Shown here: in pieces, positions 9,807-19,381 of the stretch | Numbering within the stretch: the first letter of the stretch is position 1 | Layout of the letters: each line of letters begins with the position of its first letter | Assembly (NCBI GenBank): GCA_963836185.1 | Contig: CAWIIQ010000003.1 | Location: forward strand, 416,001-480,000 | DNA length: 64,000 nucleotides | Direction: 5' to 3' | From: Candidatus Krumholzibacteriia bacterium | GTDB taxonomy: Bacteria > Krumholzibacteriota > Krumholzibacteriia > Krumholzibacteriales > Krumholzibacteriaceae | The notes under the pieces: model-generated | The model's input: the letters and a program-made list of their open reading frames with translations, nothing else | Databases searched by the model: none | Told to the model about the DNA's origin: nothing | Made by a program: the position numbers and the translations under genes

Positions 9807-12800
9807 TTATTCCGGCGGCGGTTTCCCCATGCGTACGAGGATCCGGTGCTTGATCAGGTCCCGGTGCAACGTAATCACGCCATCGGGCACATGCTGTCCG
9901 TCCATCTCCACCCGTGAGACGCCTCGCTCGCAGCCTTCCGGGTTCTCGACCTGGATCTCGTATACCGCCTCTCCATGACGATAGCTCATACTGAACCCTT
10001 TCCACCATCCGGGAATGACCGGATCCACCTGCATCTGATCTCCCTGTACCTTAAGACCCAGGACCTCTTCGACCCAGGTCCGGTACATCAAAGCAGCCGA
10101 ACCGGTATACCATGACCACCCGCCGTTACCGATCCGCCCCGGCAACCGGTACACATCAGCGGAGACCACGTAGGGCTCGACACCGTAGCGCCATACCGTT
10201 TCCGGATCGCGCGCATGCTCGATCGGGTTGAGCATGTGCAGGATCTTCGATGCGCGCGTACCATCTCCCCGGCGTGCCATTGCCATGGCGAGCCACAAAG
10301 CGGCGTGGGTGTACTGGCCTCCGTTCTCACGTACTCCCGGGGGGTACCCTTTGATGTATCCGGGTGACGGCTCTGATCTGTCAAAGGGAGGTGCGAGAAG
10401 CAGCACCAGGCCTTCGTCCTCGCGAACAAGATGTTCCCACGCCGAGTCCAGTGCAGTGTCAGCGCGATTCGCGTCGGCTGCGCCGCTCAGCCACGCCCAG
10501 GATTGGGGCAGGGAATCGATCATCGCCTCATCGTTCGCTGATGAACCAAGCAACGTGCCGTCGTCGAAGATCGCTCGTAGATACCATTTCCCATCCCAGG
10601 CCGCTCGCTCGACACGCTGAATCAGCGTCTTTCTCTCCTTCTGATAGATCCGGCTAAGGTCCGGCCGATCGAGCAGGTCAGACAGCTCGGCCATGCCTTT
10701 GAGCACATCCGCGATGAACCACCCAAGCCAGACACTCTCTCCCCTTCCCCCGGCACCGACAAGGTTCATCCCGTCGTTCCAGTCTCCTGTCCCGATCAAT
10801 GGCAACCCGTTGGGCCCAAAAGTCAGGCCTCGTGTGACTGAGTGCTGGCAGTGCTCGAAGAGCGTACCTCGCTTGAACGAGACCTCCGGTGTGGAAAAGA
10901 AATCGTGCTGACCGTCTTCCAGCGCGGGAGCGTTGAGGAATGGGACCACCTCGTGCAGGATGTCCATATCCCCGGTGGTCCGGATGTAATGGGCAACGAC
11001 GTAGGGCAGCCACAGAAGGTCATCGGAAATACGCGACCGGATACCTGAGCCCCCCGGTGGGTGCCACCAGTGTTGCACATCGCCTTCCTCGAACTGACGG
11101 CTTGCTGCGAGCAGTATATGCTCGCGCGCCAGTCCGGGATGCGCGAGCGGGAAGGCCATGATATCCTGCAATTGATCCCGGAAGCCGAATGCGCCGCTGG
11201 GCTGGTAAAAGGCGGAACGCCCCCAGATCCGGCAGGTGAGGCTCTGGTACAGAAGCCAGCGGTTGATCAGGAAATCCGCCGCGAGCTCGGGAGTGTGCAC
11301 TTCGATCGTCCCCAGCAGATCGTCCCACCACGCTGTCGTCCGGTTTAACGCGTTGTCGAAAGCCGTGTTTTCCCGGTATGTCCGGACAAGTGTATGGGCC
11401 TCCTCCACTGACCCTGCCTGGCCCAGCATGCATGTGATCTCTGATCTTTCGCCGGGAGCCAGCTCGACGGTGATTCGCAGCGCGGCACACGGATCGAATC
11501 CCGCTCCCGTCCGTTTCGAAAGGCCGGTCTGTTCCATCGCTGCCGGCTCTGACATCGGGCGATTGCGCCCCAGGAAGGAGGTGCGGTCGCCGCTGTACGA
11601 CTCCGCCGGTGGGGTCATGGCGGCGAAAGCCACCCGATCCCCGTAATCGGGGTGGTAACGGTTCCGGGCGAGCAACGCCCGGGCTTCGTCATCCCAGGAG
11701 GTCGTGACATGCATCTGGGAATCTTCACGGTTCTCACCCAGCGTCCATTCGACATAATAAGTGATCGACAGCACGCGCTGACGTGAGGAGTCGTTACGCA
11801 GCAGCAGTCTTTGCAGCTTGATCGGTTCGCCGCCGTCCTCATCCACCGGGACGAAGACCGTCAGTTCCTGCTCGATCCCATTGCTGTTATGCTCGAATAC
11901 CGTGTACCCCGCCCCGTGCCGTGCCCGATAGGCGGGCTCATCACGGATCGGCAACGGGGTCGGCGTCCAGCAGTCGCCGGTTTCTTCATCCCGGATGTAT
12001 ATCGCCTCGGAGGGTGGATCCATCACGGGATCGTTTGACCACTGCGTCAGGCGGTTGCGCTGGCTGTTGCCATACCAGGTAACCCCGGACCCCGTTTCAC
12101 TGACCGATGTCCCGAATGTAGGGTTGGCGATGATGTTGATCCAGGGCGCGGGCGTGTTGATACCGGGACCGAGATAGATCGCGTATTCACGCCCGTCCGG
12201 GGTAAACCCGCCCAGGCTGTTGAAGTAGGACAGCTCCATGAATGGGAGCGAAGGCGAAGGTTCCCTTGGAGCACTTTTTCTGGCGATGAGCTCCGGCAGC
12301 TCGGGAGTTTCCATGGTCATGCCTAATTGCTGGGGCAATGTGCCCCTGGCAGCGACCAGGACAACAGCCGCCGCGGCTCTGAGCAGCATGAGGTCTTCCT
12401 CCGGGATGAGATCCGCGCTGCGCAGATAGATCCCCCCTGGCCGATCGACCCCTGTATGCATCGAATGTGAATGGATCAGGCCCTCGATCCGTTCACGCAG
12501 CGGCTGCTCATAGCCGCTCGCCTCCTCGTTGAGGATCACCAGGTCCGCAGTCAACCCGCGCATCTGCCAAAGGGCGTGCGCCTGGAATATTTGACGGACC
12601 AGTGTGATATCCCGCTCCTGGCTTATGACGATCAGGACGATCGGCATATCACCAGAGATCCCGTAGGGCCAAAGGCCGGCCTGGCCCTTGCGGTTCTTTT
12701 CGATGCGTTCGGCGGGAGACCGAAGGTGAGGATTGGGGAACAGCAGGTGGCTTGCCAGCTGCTGGAAACGGCGGGCTTCGTCCGGCTGGATGCGAAGAAG

Positions 12801-15800
12801 GCGCAACTCGAGCTGGGCGGAGGCCCAGGCGATATCCATCGCCCGATCGATCGCATGGACATCGCTGTATTTACTCATCAGCTCCAGGACATGCTGGCGG
12901 TCTTCGCCGGCAGCGATGACCAGGGAAATCTGGATGCGCTTGCCCGGACCTATAGTCACGCTGCGCCGCAGGCTGAGGATCGGGTCGAGGACAAAACCCT
13001 GGTTGTTACCGGGTTCCTCGAATACACCCATAGGGTTCGCGAGTGTCCGTCCGATTCCGATGAACTGTCGCCGGTCGGTCTCGAACTGCAGGGCTTCATC
13101 CCCGGCATCGTTATGGGTAAAGCGGTGTGCGACATAGATGGGCGGATCGTCCTTGCTGCGAGGCCGGCGGTATGCAAGGAGCGCTTCATGTTCCGGCACT
13201 GCCTCGGTCTGGATGAACAGTTTGTTGAAGGCCGGATGCTGCCTGTCCGCGTTATGCGGCGCCATCGAGAGTTCAACGTAGCTCGTCAGATCGAGGCGGC
13301 GGGTGCGAACGGTCCGATTGAATAGAGTGATCCGTCGGATTTCTACATCGTCTTCCGGCGAGACGATGATCTCTGTTTCGGTCTGAATGCCGTTATCCTC
13401 TCGCCGGAAGACGGCACGGTCAAGCGCGAAGTCGGCGGAATACGCTTCGACCGTTCCGCCGGTCGGATGATACGCGTTGGACCATAACAGGTCCTGATCG
13501 GCTTCACGTATGTAACAGAAGGTTCCCCACGGATCCCTGGTGCGATCCGACCGCCAGCGGGTGATCTCAAAGTCGCCCCAGCGGCTGTATCCGCTGCCGG
13601 CGTTTGTGAGCATCAGACAATAATGGCCGTTACTGAGCAGCTGTGTCTTGGGTGTGGCGGTATGGGGCGTGTCGAACTTGCTTATTGATGGCGCCACCTC
13701 GCCGACGCTCATTACCGACGGCATACTGTCCCGCGTGGGGATGTGGTGCAGAGAAGGAAAGAGGGGGATGCGTTCGTGGAGCAATGGCTCGACCGCGCGT
13801 GCGCGCGGGTCGGCATGGAACCGGCGCTGGATGGGATTCCCGTGAATGAAGTTTGTCAGAGACAGGAACCCCATGCCCTGATGATGGGCCATGAAGGCCC
13901 GAACGATCACGCCGCGCTCGCTCTCGCGTCGCGGCCGCCGGCCGAAGTCCAGCGATTCATAGTAGCCGTAATCCTGAAGAAGCCCCGAGCTGGCCAATCG
14001 TTTCAGATTCTGCACTGTCTCTCTCGGCGCCGCGTTCACCGCAAGCAGGGTGGCATAAGGCGCTACGACTACCTCTTCCCTGGCGCTGCGCTTCAGCCCG
14101 AGCTCGGGTACGCCGAAGGCCTTGTACTGGTAGACCTTATTGACGTCCAGATCTCCAAAAGCAGATTCCGAGATCCCCCACGGCACGCGGCGCTTGCGGC
14201 CATACGCGATGTGGATCGCAACGGTTTCACTGGTCGCTTTATCCAGGAGTGAGTTTCCGTACGAGCGCTGGAAGATCAACGGCATCATATATTCGAACAT
14301 GCTCCCCGCCCAGCTCAGAAGCGCCCGGTGCCGGCCGATAGAGCCGTAGGGCCGGCTCATGGAAAACCAGTGCTCGATCGGGACATCCCCCCTGGCAATC
14401 GCGATGAAACTTCCAAGCCGCGCTTCACTCGCCAGGAGATCGTAATAGGATTTATCCAGGCGGCCTTCAGAGACGTTGTAGCCGATCGAAAAAAGCCGGC
14501 GTCTGGTGTCGTACAGGAAGCGCATGTTGATCGATTCGGATAACTCGCGTCCGTCCAGTATGAACTGCCTTCCCAGCGCAAGCATTTCTCCAGCCAGCCA
14601 GGTTGACTCCGCGAAGGACAGCAGAAGGCGGTCGATCCATTCGAAGAGAGGGGCCGCGTCTGCGGGAGCCTCTTCCCGGATCATTCTGAATATATGAATG
14701 CAGGCGACGTTTTCGTTGGCGAGATCGAGAAGCGAAGGCGCGCGACGCAGATCGCTCCTGCATGCGAGCAGCAGATCCCGGCCAAGCGGCGCGATCTCCT
14801 CTTCCGTCTTTTCAGCGAGGATCTCGATCCAGGCGAGGTAGCGATCCGCGATCCCGAGCCAGGCCGCTGCTTGACCCTGCATCTGCCTCGCCCAGAAGAC
14901 CGCACTCGCTTCAGCATCAGTGGACGCACGTACCTCATCGGCAATGGCCCATACGCGGCCTTCCACCTGACGCAGCAGGCGTATGGCATCGGCGATCCGC
15001 TCCGGCGGACTTTTCAACGTGTGCAGCAGTTCATCGAGGCCCCGGGCATCGAACCGGGACAGGGTTTCCTCTTCGACTGCCTCTTTCAGGATCTCCGCGG
15101 TGTCCCGCAGGCCCTCAAAGGCTTTCGAATCCAGAACATGCGCCTGGATCAACTCGTCGAGCCCCTGCTCCAGGGCCCACAGGCAACCAAGGAGGTTTCC
15201 ACTGTCCACCATGGATACGTATCGGGGCTCAAGAGGGGCCAGAGTCTTAATATCGTACCAGTTCAGCAGATGGCCTTCATAGCGCTCCAGCTTGCCGAGC
15301 GTCTCCGCGGTGCGCGTCAGATCTTCGATGACCTGGTCCACCGTCACATATCCGAAATCATGCGCGCCGAGCGCGCTGAGCATCCAGAAACCGATATTGG
15401 TAGGGCTGGTGCGCATCGACAGCTGGTCCGTATGGGAGACCTGGTAATTGTCGGGGGGGAGCCACGAGCTCTCATCATTGACAAACTCCGAGAAATAGCT
15501 CCAGGTTCGCCTGGCGACTCTTCTGAGGAACCGGATATCGCTTTCAGGAAGGTGGGAGCGCCGGGGGCTCACAATCGGTCGACCGGCCAGGAGCCATCCG
15601 ATCAGAGGAGATACGAACCACAACACGAGCCATGGAGCGGCTGCCGGAAGGCTCGAAGGAGCCCAGCGCTGCACCGCCCATCCCGCTGTCACACTGAAGA
15701 TGCTCGACAAACCCAGTGAAATGACGAATGTCCGGACCTTCCCGGGAGCGTTCCAATGCATCGCCTGTGCGGAGGTCCACTCGAGCAACTTCCGATGTGT

Positions 15801-18800
15801 GATGAAGCGGCGATAACAGACCCGCGAAAAGGCATCCAGAGTCAGCCACGCCTGGTGCGGAAGGAGCGCGGCCTCGACGATCGCCCGCAGAAGGTCGTGA
15901 ATCGATTTCGAGAATGAAAAGCCCTTCAGCCATCGACCGGTGGTTGCCCATGTAAATGGCTGCACCAGGGGGTGGAAGAGCAGCTGTATGGCGACGACGC
16001 AGGAAGATATCAACCCCAACCGGGAGGAGATCAGCCAGGAGGCCATGAGCAGGCCCAGGCTGGTCATGGGCACCAGGCTTCGGCGCAGGTTATCGAAGAT
16101 CTTCCAGCGGTCGAACCCGGAAAGCGGATTTTGTTCCCGCCGTCCCGCAGGTCGGGGGACACGCGGGAAGATCCAGTCCGCGATCTGCCAGTCCCCACGG
16201 ATCCACCGGTGCTGGCGGCTACTGTAACTCAGGTAATCCTGCGGGAATTGATCATAAAGCTCGATATCGCTGGCCAGGCCCACTCGCACGTGAGCACCTT
16301 CGATCAGATCGTGGCTCAGCAGGCATTCTTCAGGAAACCTTCCGGAAAGCACCCTGCTGAAGGCGCGCACATCGTAGATGCCCTTGCCATGGTATGACCC
16401 TTCGCCGGTGAGATCCTGATTTACATCGGAAACGGCTCTCGAATAAGGGTCGATTCCGACAGGGTCCGAGAATAGCCGGCTGAAAAGCGAGGCGTTCGTG
16501 CTAGGCAGGGAGGGGCTGACGCGGGGTTGGATTATAGAATAGGAGCCGGCGCTGATATTGCCTTCGGCATCAAAGCGCGGCTGGTTGAGAGGGTGTGCCA
16601 GCGTCTCGATCATCCTGCGCGCGGTGTCGTGAGGCAGCTGTGTATCGCTGTCGAGTGTGATGACGAATCTTACGTCGTATAGATGATCCGGATCACCGAC
16701 GTATACCAGCCTGCCGGCATCCTCGGGCCGCGTTCCATCGATAAGACGATTGAGTTCTTCCAGCTTCCCGCGCTTGCGCTCCCAGCCGATGAATTTCTGT
16801 TCGGACTCGCTCCATTTTCGCTCCCGGTGGAAGAGGAAGAAACGCTCATCACCATACCGAAGATTGAGGGCCTCGATACCTTCGGTCACCGCTCGGATCA
16901 GGAGCTCGTCATCCTCACCATGTTCCTGATCCGAATCCGTATGATCCGAGTAGAGGCCGAAGAGCAGATTGGACTCTTTATTGGCCAGGTACCGGATCTC
17001 AAGATTTTCCGCCGCGGCCCTGATTGTATCCGTATTCACCAGCATCATAGGTACGACGACGAGCGTGCGAAATTCATCGGGGATCCCCGAATCCTCGAAA
17101 TCCATCTTTGGAAGTGTGCGCGGCGGAAGCAGCCGCGTGATGACGTAGTTTACGATCTCGAGCGAGAGCTGGCTGGCTGGGATCGACAAGAGGAGGGCTA
17201 TCAGAAGCCGTCTCCCCGTGGTCTGTCCACTCATGCCGGACAGGACAATCAGTGTGATGAATGCGGTGGAGAAAATACCGACCCCGAGAAAATACACTGC
17301 GGAATGATGGCGGTAGACCCAGTGCAGGAGGCGGAAACGAAGCTTTTCTCGGCATCCTGCGAGCCTCGCCAGCTCCTGTCTTCCTTCATCGATCAGATAC
17401 GTTCCGACATGGGCCCAACGTTCATCCGCTGCCGGTTCACGGGCGGAGCGTGCCGCCAGATCGATGGCCTGCCGGGCAACCTGGTCCTCAGGCTGGCCGG
17501 ACCCGCGGGCGAGTTCTTCGATCATCCGGCGATACCGGTCGCGTGTGTCGAAATCCATCCGGGGATAGATACCCGAAGGATCCAGGCGTAGCAGCCGTTC
17601 AACCCGGCTGAGCTTTTCGAATATTTTTCTCCAGTCCAGAAGGGCGAGTTGCCGCAGGCTGGTGAACGCGTTCCCGATCGATATCTGATCTTTCATCTGA
17701 CGGGTGTGCTCGCGAGGGTTGAGATCGCCGAGAGGTTTCCGGAACGCCCGCTCGAGCCATCCCTGGACCGGTGCCAGCGCTGCTTCCTGATCGTAGAGGT
17801 TCTCGATCAGTTGAGAAGCGAAATAAGTGCTCGGGCTCGGCTGTATTTCGGCGAGTTCCGCGAGAATCGAGAAGAGTTGATTGGGATCTCGCCGGGTGGC
17901 GATAATCAGCCGGTTCGCCCAGAAATCGGCGATTTCACGCTCTCGCAACTCTGTCAGTGCATTTTCCGCGAGGTTCGAGATGCTCTCTATCAACACCGCG
18001 CGCAACATCTGCGGGACGGCCCAGAGTTCTCCGATCGACAGCGTGCTGATGGACTGATATGCCTCGATAAACGCGAGGATGTTCTCCTGGTCCAGACGAA
18101 GGTCCGTGCGGGAGACGAGATCCCTCGCGAGGCCGTAGATGCGAGGCAAGCCGCGGCAGGGCTCGTCGGCGAGTGACGGCAGATCAAGGTAATAGTGCCT
18201 GGGAAGGTTCATCTGGATCTCGCGGACATTGCTCTCGACGATGTACTCGTTGTCCAGGAGCCATTCGGCAGTCGGAGGCGTGCTCTGTCCAAGCCGACTC
18301 GCTTCGGCGAGATCCGTGCATGCCCGGTGTATCCATCGTCTGGTCTGTTCGAGCCGCTTGAGCAGTCCGATGTCCGGACGGGTATCCGGGTCCACACGTT
18401 GTTCCCCGGCGAGACGCTCCGCGTACTCCGGGATCTGCACAGCCGAAAGCGGATTTCCGAGGTTCTCCATCTCGCCAACGAGACTCTCTCGCTTCGGATG
18501 CAGTATGAATATGGCAGGAGGGATCTCGCCGCTCTCCCGCAGAATCGCCACCGGGGAATGCAGCTTTTCGACAGGCGTCCGGAGAATCAGAACGGTCTCC
18601 CCGGAAACCAGCCAGCGCGTGTGATCCTCGATCAGTCTTCGTTCCAGGCCGAACCTCGATCGACGTATCCATATTGCGCTGAAGAGGATTCCCGCTAATC
18701 CCCCCGCAAGGCCCTGAACCAGGGTGGAAGGGACTCCGCTCAGAACAGGCGCCTGCCAATCGAGGATTATAGAAATAACTCCGGCGAGTACCCCGAACAG

Positions 18801-18983
18801 GATGAAAGCAACGGCCGCCCAGAAAATCTTACGCCATGGGAAGGGGTCCCGCGTATGTATATCTCCATTCGTAGTCTTGCTTACAAGTGCAGCGCGGCGG
18901 AACCCTTTCCTCTGCAGCTTCTTGAAGACTGCGCGGGCTTCATCCCGTTTCGCGAAGTAAGCTATGAGAATGCCTGTTTCCAT
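9807..18983 (-). CDS. ndvB: Cyclic beta-1,2-glucan synthase (Cgs/NdvB/ChvB: GT84, cyclising glucoamylase-like domain, GH94)
   Basis: 3058 aa; EWLLDN, GWERKRGK, LSHDLIEG, RWIRGDWQ, LPPDNYQ, YYDLLASEARL, GFRDQLQD, GDWNDGMN, GVRENGGQYTH. Confidence 0.95.
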   Translation of the reverse strand: METGILIAYFAKRDEARAVFKKLQRKGFRRAALVSKTTNGDIHTRDPFPWRKIFWAAVAFILFGVLAGVISIILDWQAPVLSGVPSTLVQGLAGGLAGILFSAIWIRRSRFGLERRLIEDHTRWLVSGETVLILRTPVEKLHSPVAILRESGEIPPAIFILHPKRESLVGEMENLGNPLSAVQIPEYAERLAGEQRVDPDTRPDIGLLKRLEQTRRWIHRACTDLAEASRLGQSTPPTAEWLLDNEYIVESNVREIQMNLPRHYYLDLPSLADEPCRGLPRIYGLARDLVSRTDLRLDQENILAFIEAYQSISTLSIGELWAVPQMLRAVLIESISNLAENALTELREREIADFWANRLIIATRRDPNQLFSILAELAEIQPSPSTYFASQLIENLYDQEAALAPVQGWLERAFRKPLGDLNPREHTRQMKDQISIGNAFTSLRQLALLDWRKIFEKLSRVERLLRLDPSGIYPRMDFDTRDRYRRMIEELARGSGQPEDQVARQAIDLAARSAREPAADERWAHVGTYLIDEGRQELARLAGCREKLRFRLLHWVYRHHSAVYFLGVGIFSTAFITLIVLSGMSGQTTGRRLLIALLLSIPASQLSLEIVNYVITRLLPPRTLPKMDFEDSGIPDEFRTLVVVPMMLVNTDTIRAAAENLEIRYLANKESNLLFGLYSDHTDSDQEHGEDDELLIRAVTEGIEALNLRYGDERFFLFHRERKWSESEQKFIGWERKRGKLEELNRLIDGTRPEDAGRLVYVGDPDHLYDVRFVITLDSDTQLPHDTARRMIETLAHPLNQPRFDAEGNISAGSYSIIQPRVSPSLPSTNASLFSRLFSDPVGIDPYSRAVSDVNQDLTGEGSYHGKGIYDVRAFSRVLSGRFPEECLLSHDLIEGAHVRVGLASDIELYDQFPQDYLSYSSRQHRWIRGDWQIADWIFPRVPRPAGRREQNPLSGFDRWKIFDNLRRSLVPMTSLGLLMASWLISSRLGLISSCVVAIQLLFHPLVQPFTWATTGRWLKGFSFSKSIHDLLRAIVEAALLPHQAWLTLDAFSRVCYRRFITHRKLLEWTSAQAMHWNAPGKVRTFVISLGLSSIFSVTAGWAVQRWAPSSLPAAAPWLVLWFVSPLIGWLLAGRPIVSPRRSHLPESDIRFLRRVARRTWSYFSEFVNDESSWLPPDNYQVSHTDQLSMRTSPTNIGFWMLSALGAHDFGYVTVDQVIEDLTRTAETLGKLERYEGHLLNWYDIKTLAPLEPRYVSMVDSGNLLGCLWALEQGLDELIQAHVLDSKAFEGLRDTAEILKEAVEEETLSRFDARGLDELLHTLKSPPERIADAIRLLRQVEGRVWAIADEVRASTDAEASAVFWARQMQGQAAAWLGIADRYLAWIEILAEKTEEEIAPLGRDLLLACRSDLRRAPSLLDLANENVACIHIFRMIREEAPADAAPLFEWIDRLLLSFAESTWLAGEMLALGRQFILDGRELSESINMRFLYDTRRRLFSIGYNVSEGRLDKSYYDLLASEARLGSFIAIARGDVPIEHWFSMSRPYGSIGRHRALLSWAGSMFEYMMPLIFQRSYGNSLLDKATSETVAIHIAYGRKRRVPWGISESAFGDLDVNKVYQYKAFGVPELGLKRSAREEVVVAPYATLLAVNAAPRETVQNLKRLASSGLLQDYGYYESLDFGRRPRRESERGVIVRAFMAHHQGMGFLSLTNFIHGNPIQRRFHADPRARAVEPLLHERIPLFPSLHHIPTRDSMPSVMSVGEVAPSISKFDTPHTATPKTQLLSNGHYCLMLTNAGSGYSRWGDFEITRWRSDRTRDPWGTFCYIREADQDLLWSNAYHPTGGTVEAYSADFALDRAVFRREDNGIQTETEIIVSPEDDVEIRRITLFNRTVRTRRLDLTSYVELSMAPHNADRQHPAFNKLFIQTEAVPEHEALLAYRRPRSKDDPPIYVAHRFTHNDAGDEALQFETDRRQFIGIGRTLANPMGVFEEPGNNQGFVLDPILSLRRSVTIGPGKRIQISLVIAAGEDRQHVLELMSKYSDVHAIDRAMDIAWASAQLELRLLRIQPDEARRFQQLASHLLFPNPHLRSPAERIEKNRKGQAGLWPYGISGDMPIVLIVISQERDITLVRQIFQAHALWQMRGLTADLVILNEEASGYEQPLRERIEGLIHSHSMHTGVDRPGGIYLRSADLIPEEDLMLLRAAAAVVLVAARGTLPQQLGMTMETPELPELIARKSAPREPSPSLPFMELSYFNSLGGFTPDGREYAIYLGPGINTPAPWINIIANPTFGTSVSETGSGVTWYGNSQRNRLTQWSNDPVMDPPSEAIYIRDEETGDCWTPTPLPIRDEPAYRARHGAGYTVFEHNSNGIEQELTVFVPVDEDGGEPIKLQRLLLRNDSSRQRVLSITYYVEWTLGENREDSQMHVTTSWDDEARALLARNRYHPDYGDRVAFAAMTPPAESYSGDRTSFLGRNRPMSEPAAMEQTGLSKRTGAGFDPCAALRITVELAPGERSEITCMLGQAGSVEEAHTLVRTYRENTAFDNALNRTTAWWDDLLGTIEVHTPELAADFLINRWLLYQSLTCRIWGRSAFYQPSGAFGFRDQLQDIMAFPLAHPGLAREHILLAASRQFEEGDVQHWWHPPGGSGIRSRISDDLLWLPYVVAHYIRTTGDMDILHEVVPFLNAPALEDGQHDFFSTPEVSFKRGTLFEHCQHSVTRGLTFGPNGLPLIGTGDWNDGMNLVGAGGRGESVWLGWFIADVLKGMAELSDLLDRPDLSRIYQKERKTLIQRVERAAWDGKWYLRAIFDDGTLLGSSANDEAMIDSLPQSWAWLSGAADANRADTALDSAWEHLVREDEGLVLLLAPPFDRSEPSPGYIKGYPPGVRENGGQYTHAALWLAMAMARRGDGTRASKILHMLNPIEHARDPETVWRYGVEPYVVSADVYRLPGRIGNGGWSWYTGSAALMYRTWVEEVLGLKVQGDQMQVDPVIPGWWKGFSMSYRHGEAVYEIQVENPEGCERGVSRVEMDGQHVPDGVITLHRDLIKHRILVRMGKPPPE

Positions 18984-19300
18984 TCTCTATCCTTTTGTCA
19001 CACTGGTTTTAGCCTCGAGGTATTGCGCTGGATTTCACAGGGCGGGAATCTTCAATGCAACTTCGGAGCGTCAATCAGGCTGCGTCTCTGATCAAGAGTA
19101 CATGGGTGTATGAGATTTCACTGTAGCCCCGACACGAGAGTAAGTCCATACTTATAATCGGTTGTAGGAAGCGGTATCATCGGTCGTTCGGCGACAGCCT
19201 TCATCGATCTATCCCTGTGTAAGCCCAAACGCAGGATCGGCACCCCGACTCAGTCTTTTCCTTCCCTACCCGGGTCCATATTCCCCGCTCCATTCAAAGC

Positions 19301-19345
19301 AAAGAAAAACCCGGCCCTGAAGTCTCGGATCACTCCAGGGCCGGG
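19301..19345 (-). terminator. Rho-independent terminator of the subtilase gene
   Basis: Stem CCCGGCCCTG / CAGGGCCGGG followed on the minus strand by TTTTTCTTT. Confidence 0.85.
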
Positions 19346-19381
19346 CACCCTTTAAGTACTTTTTCTCAAAAGAGACACGTA

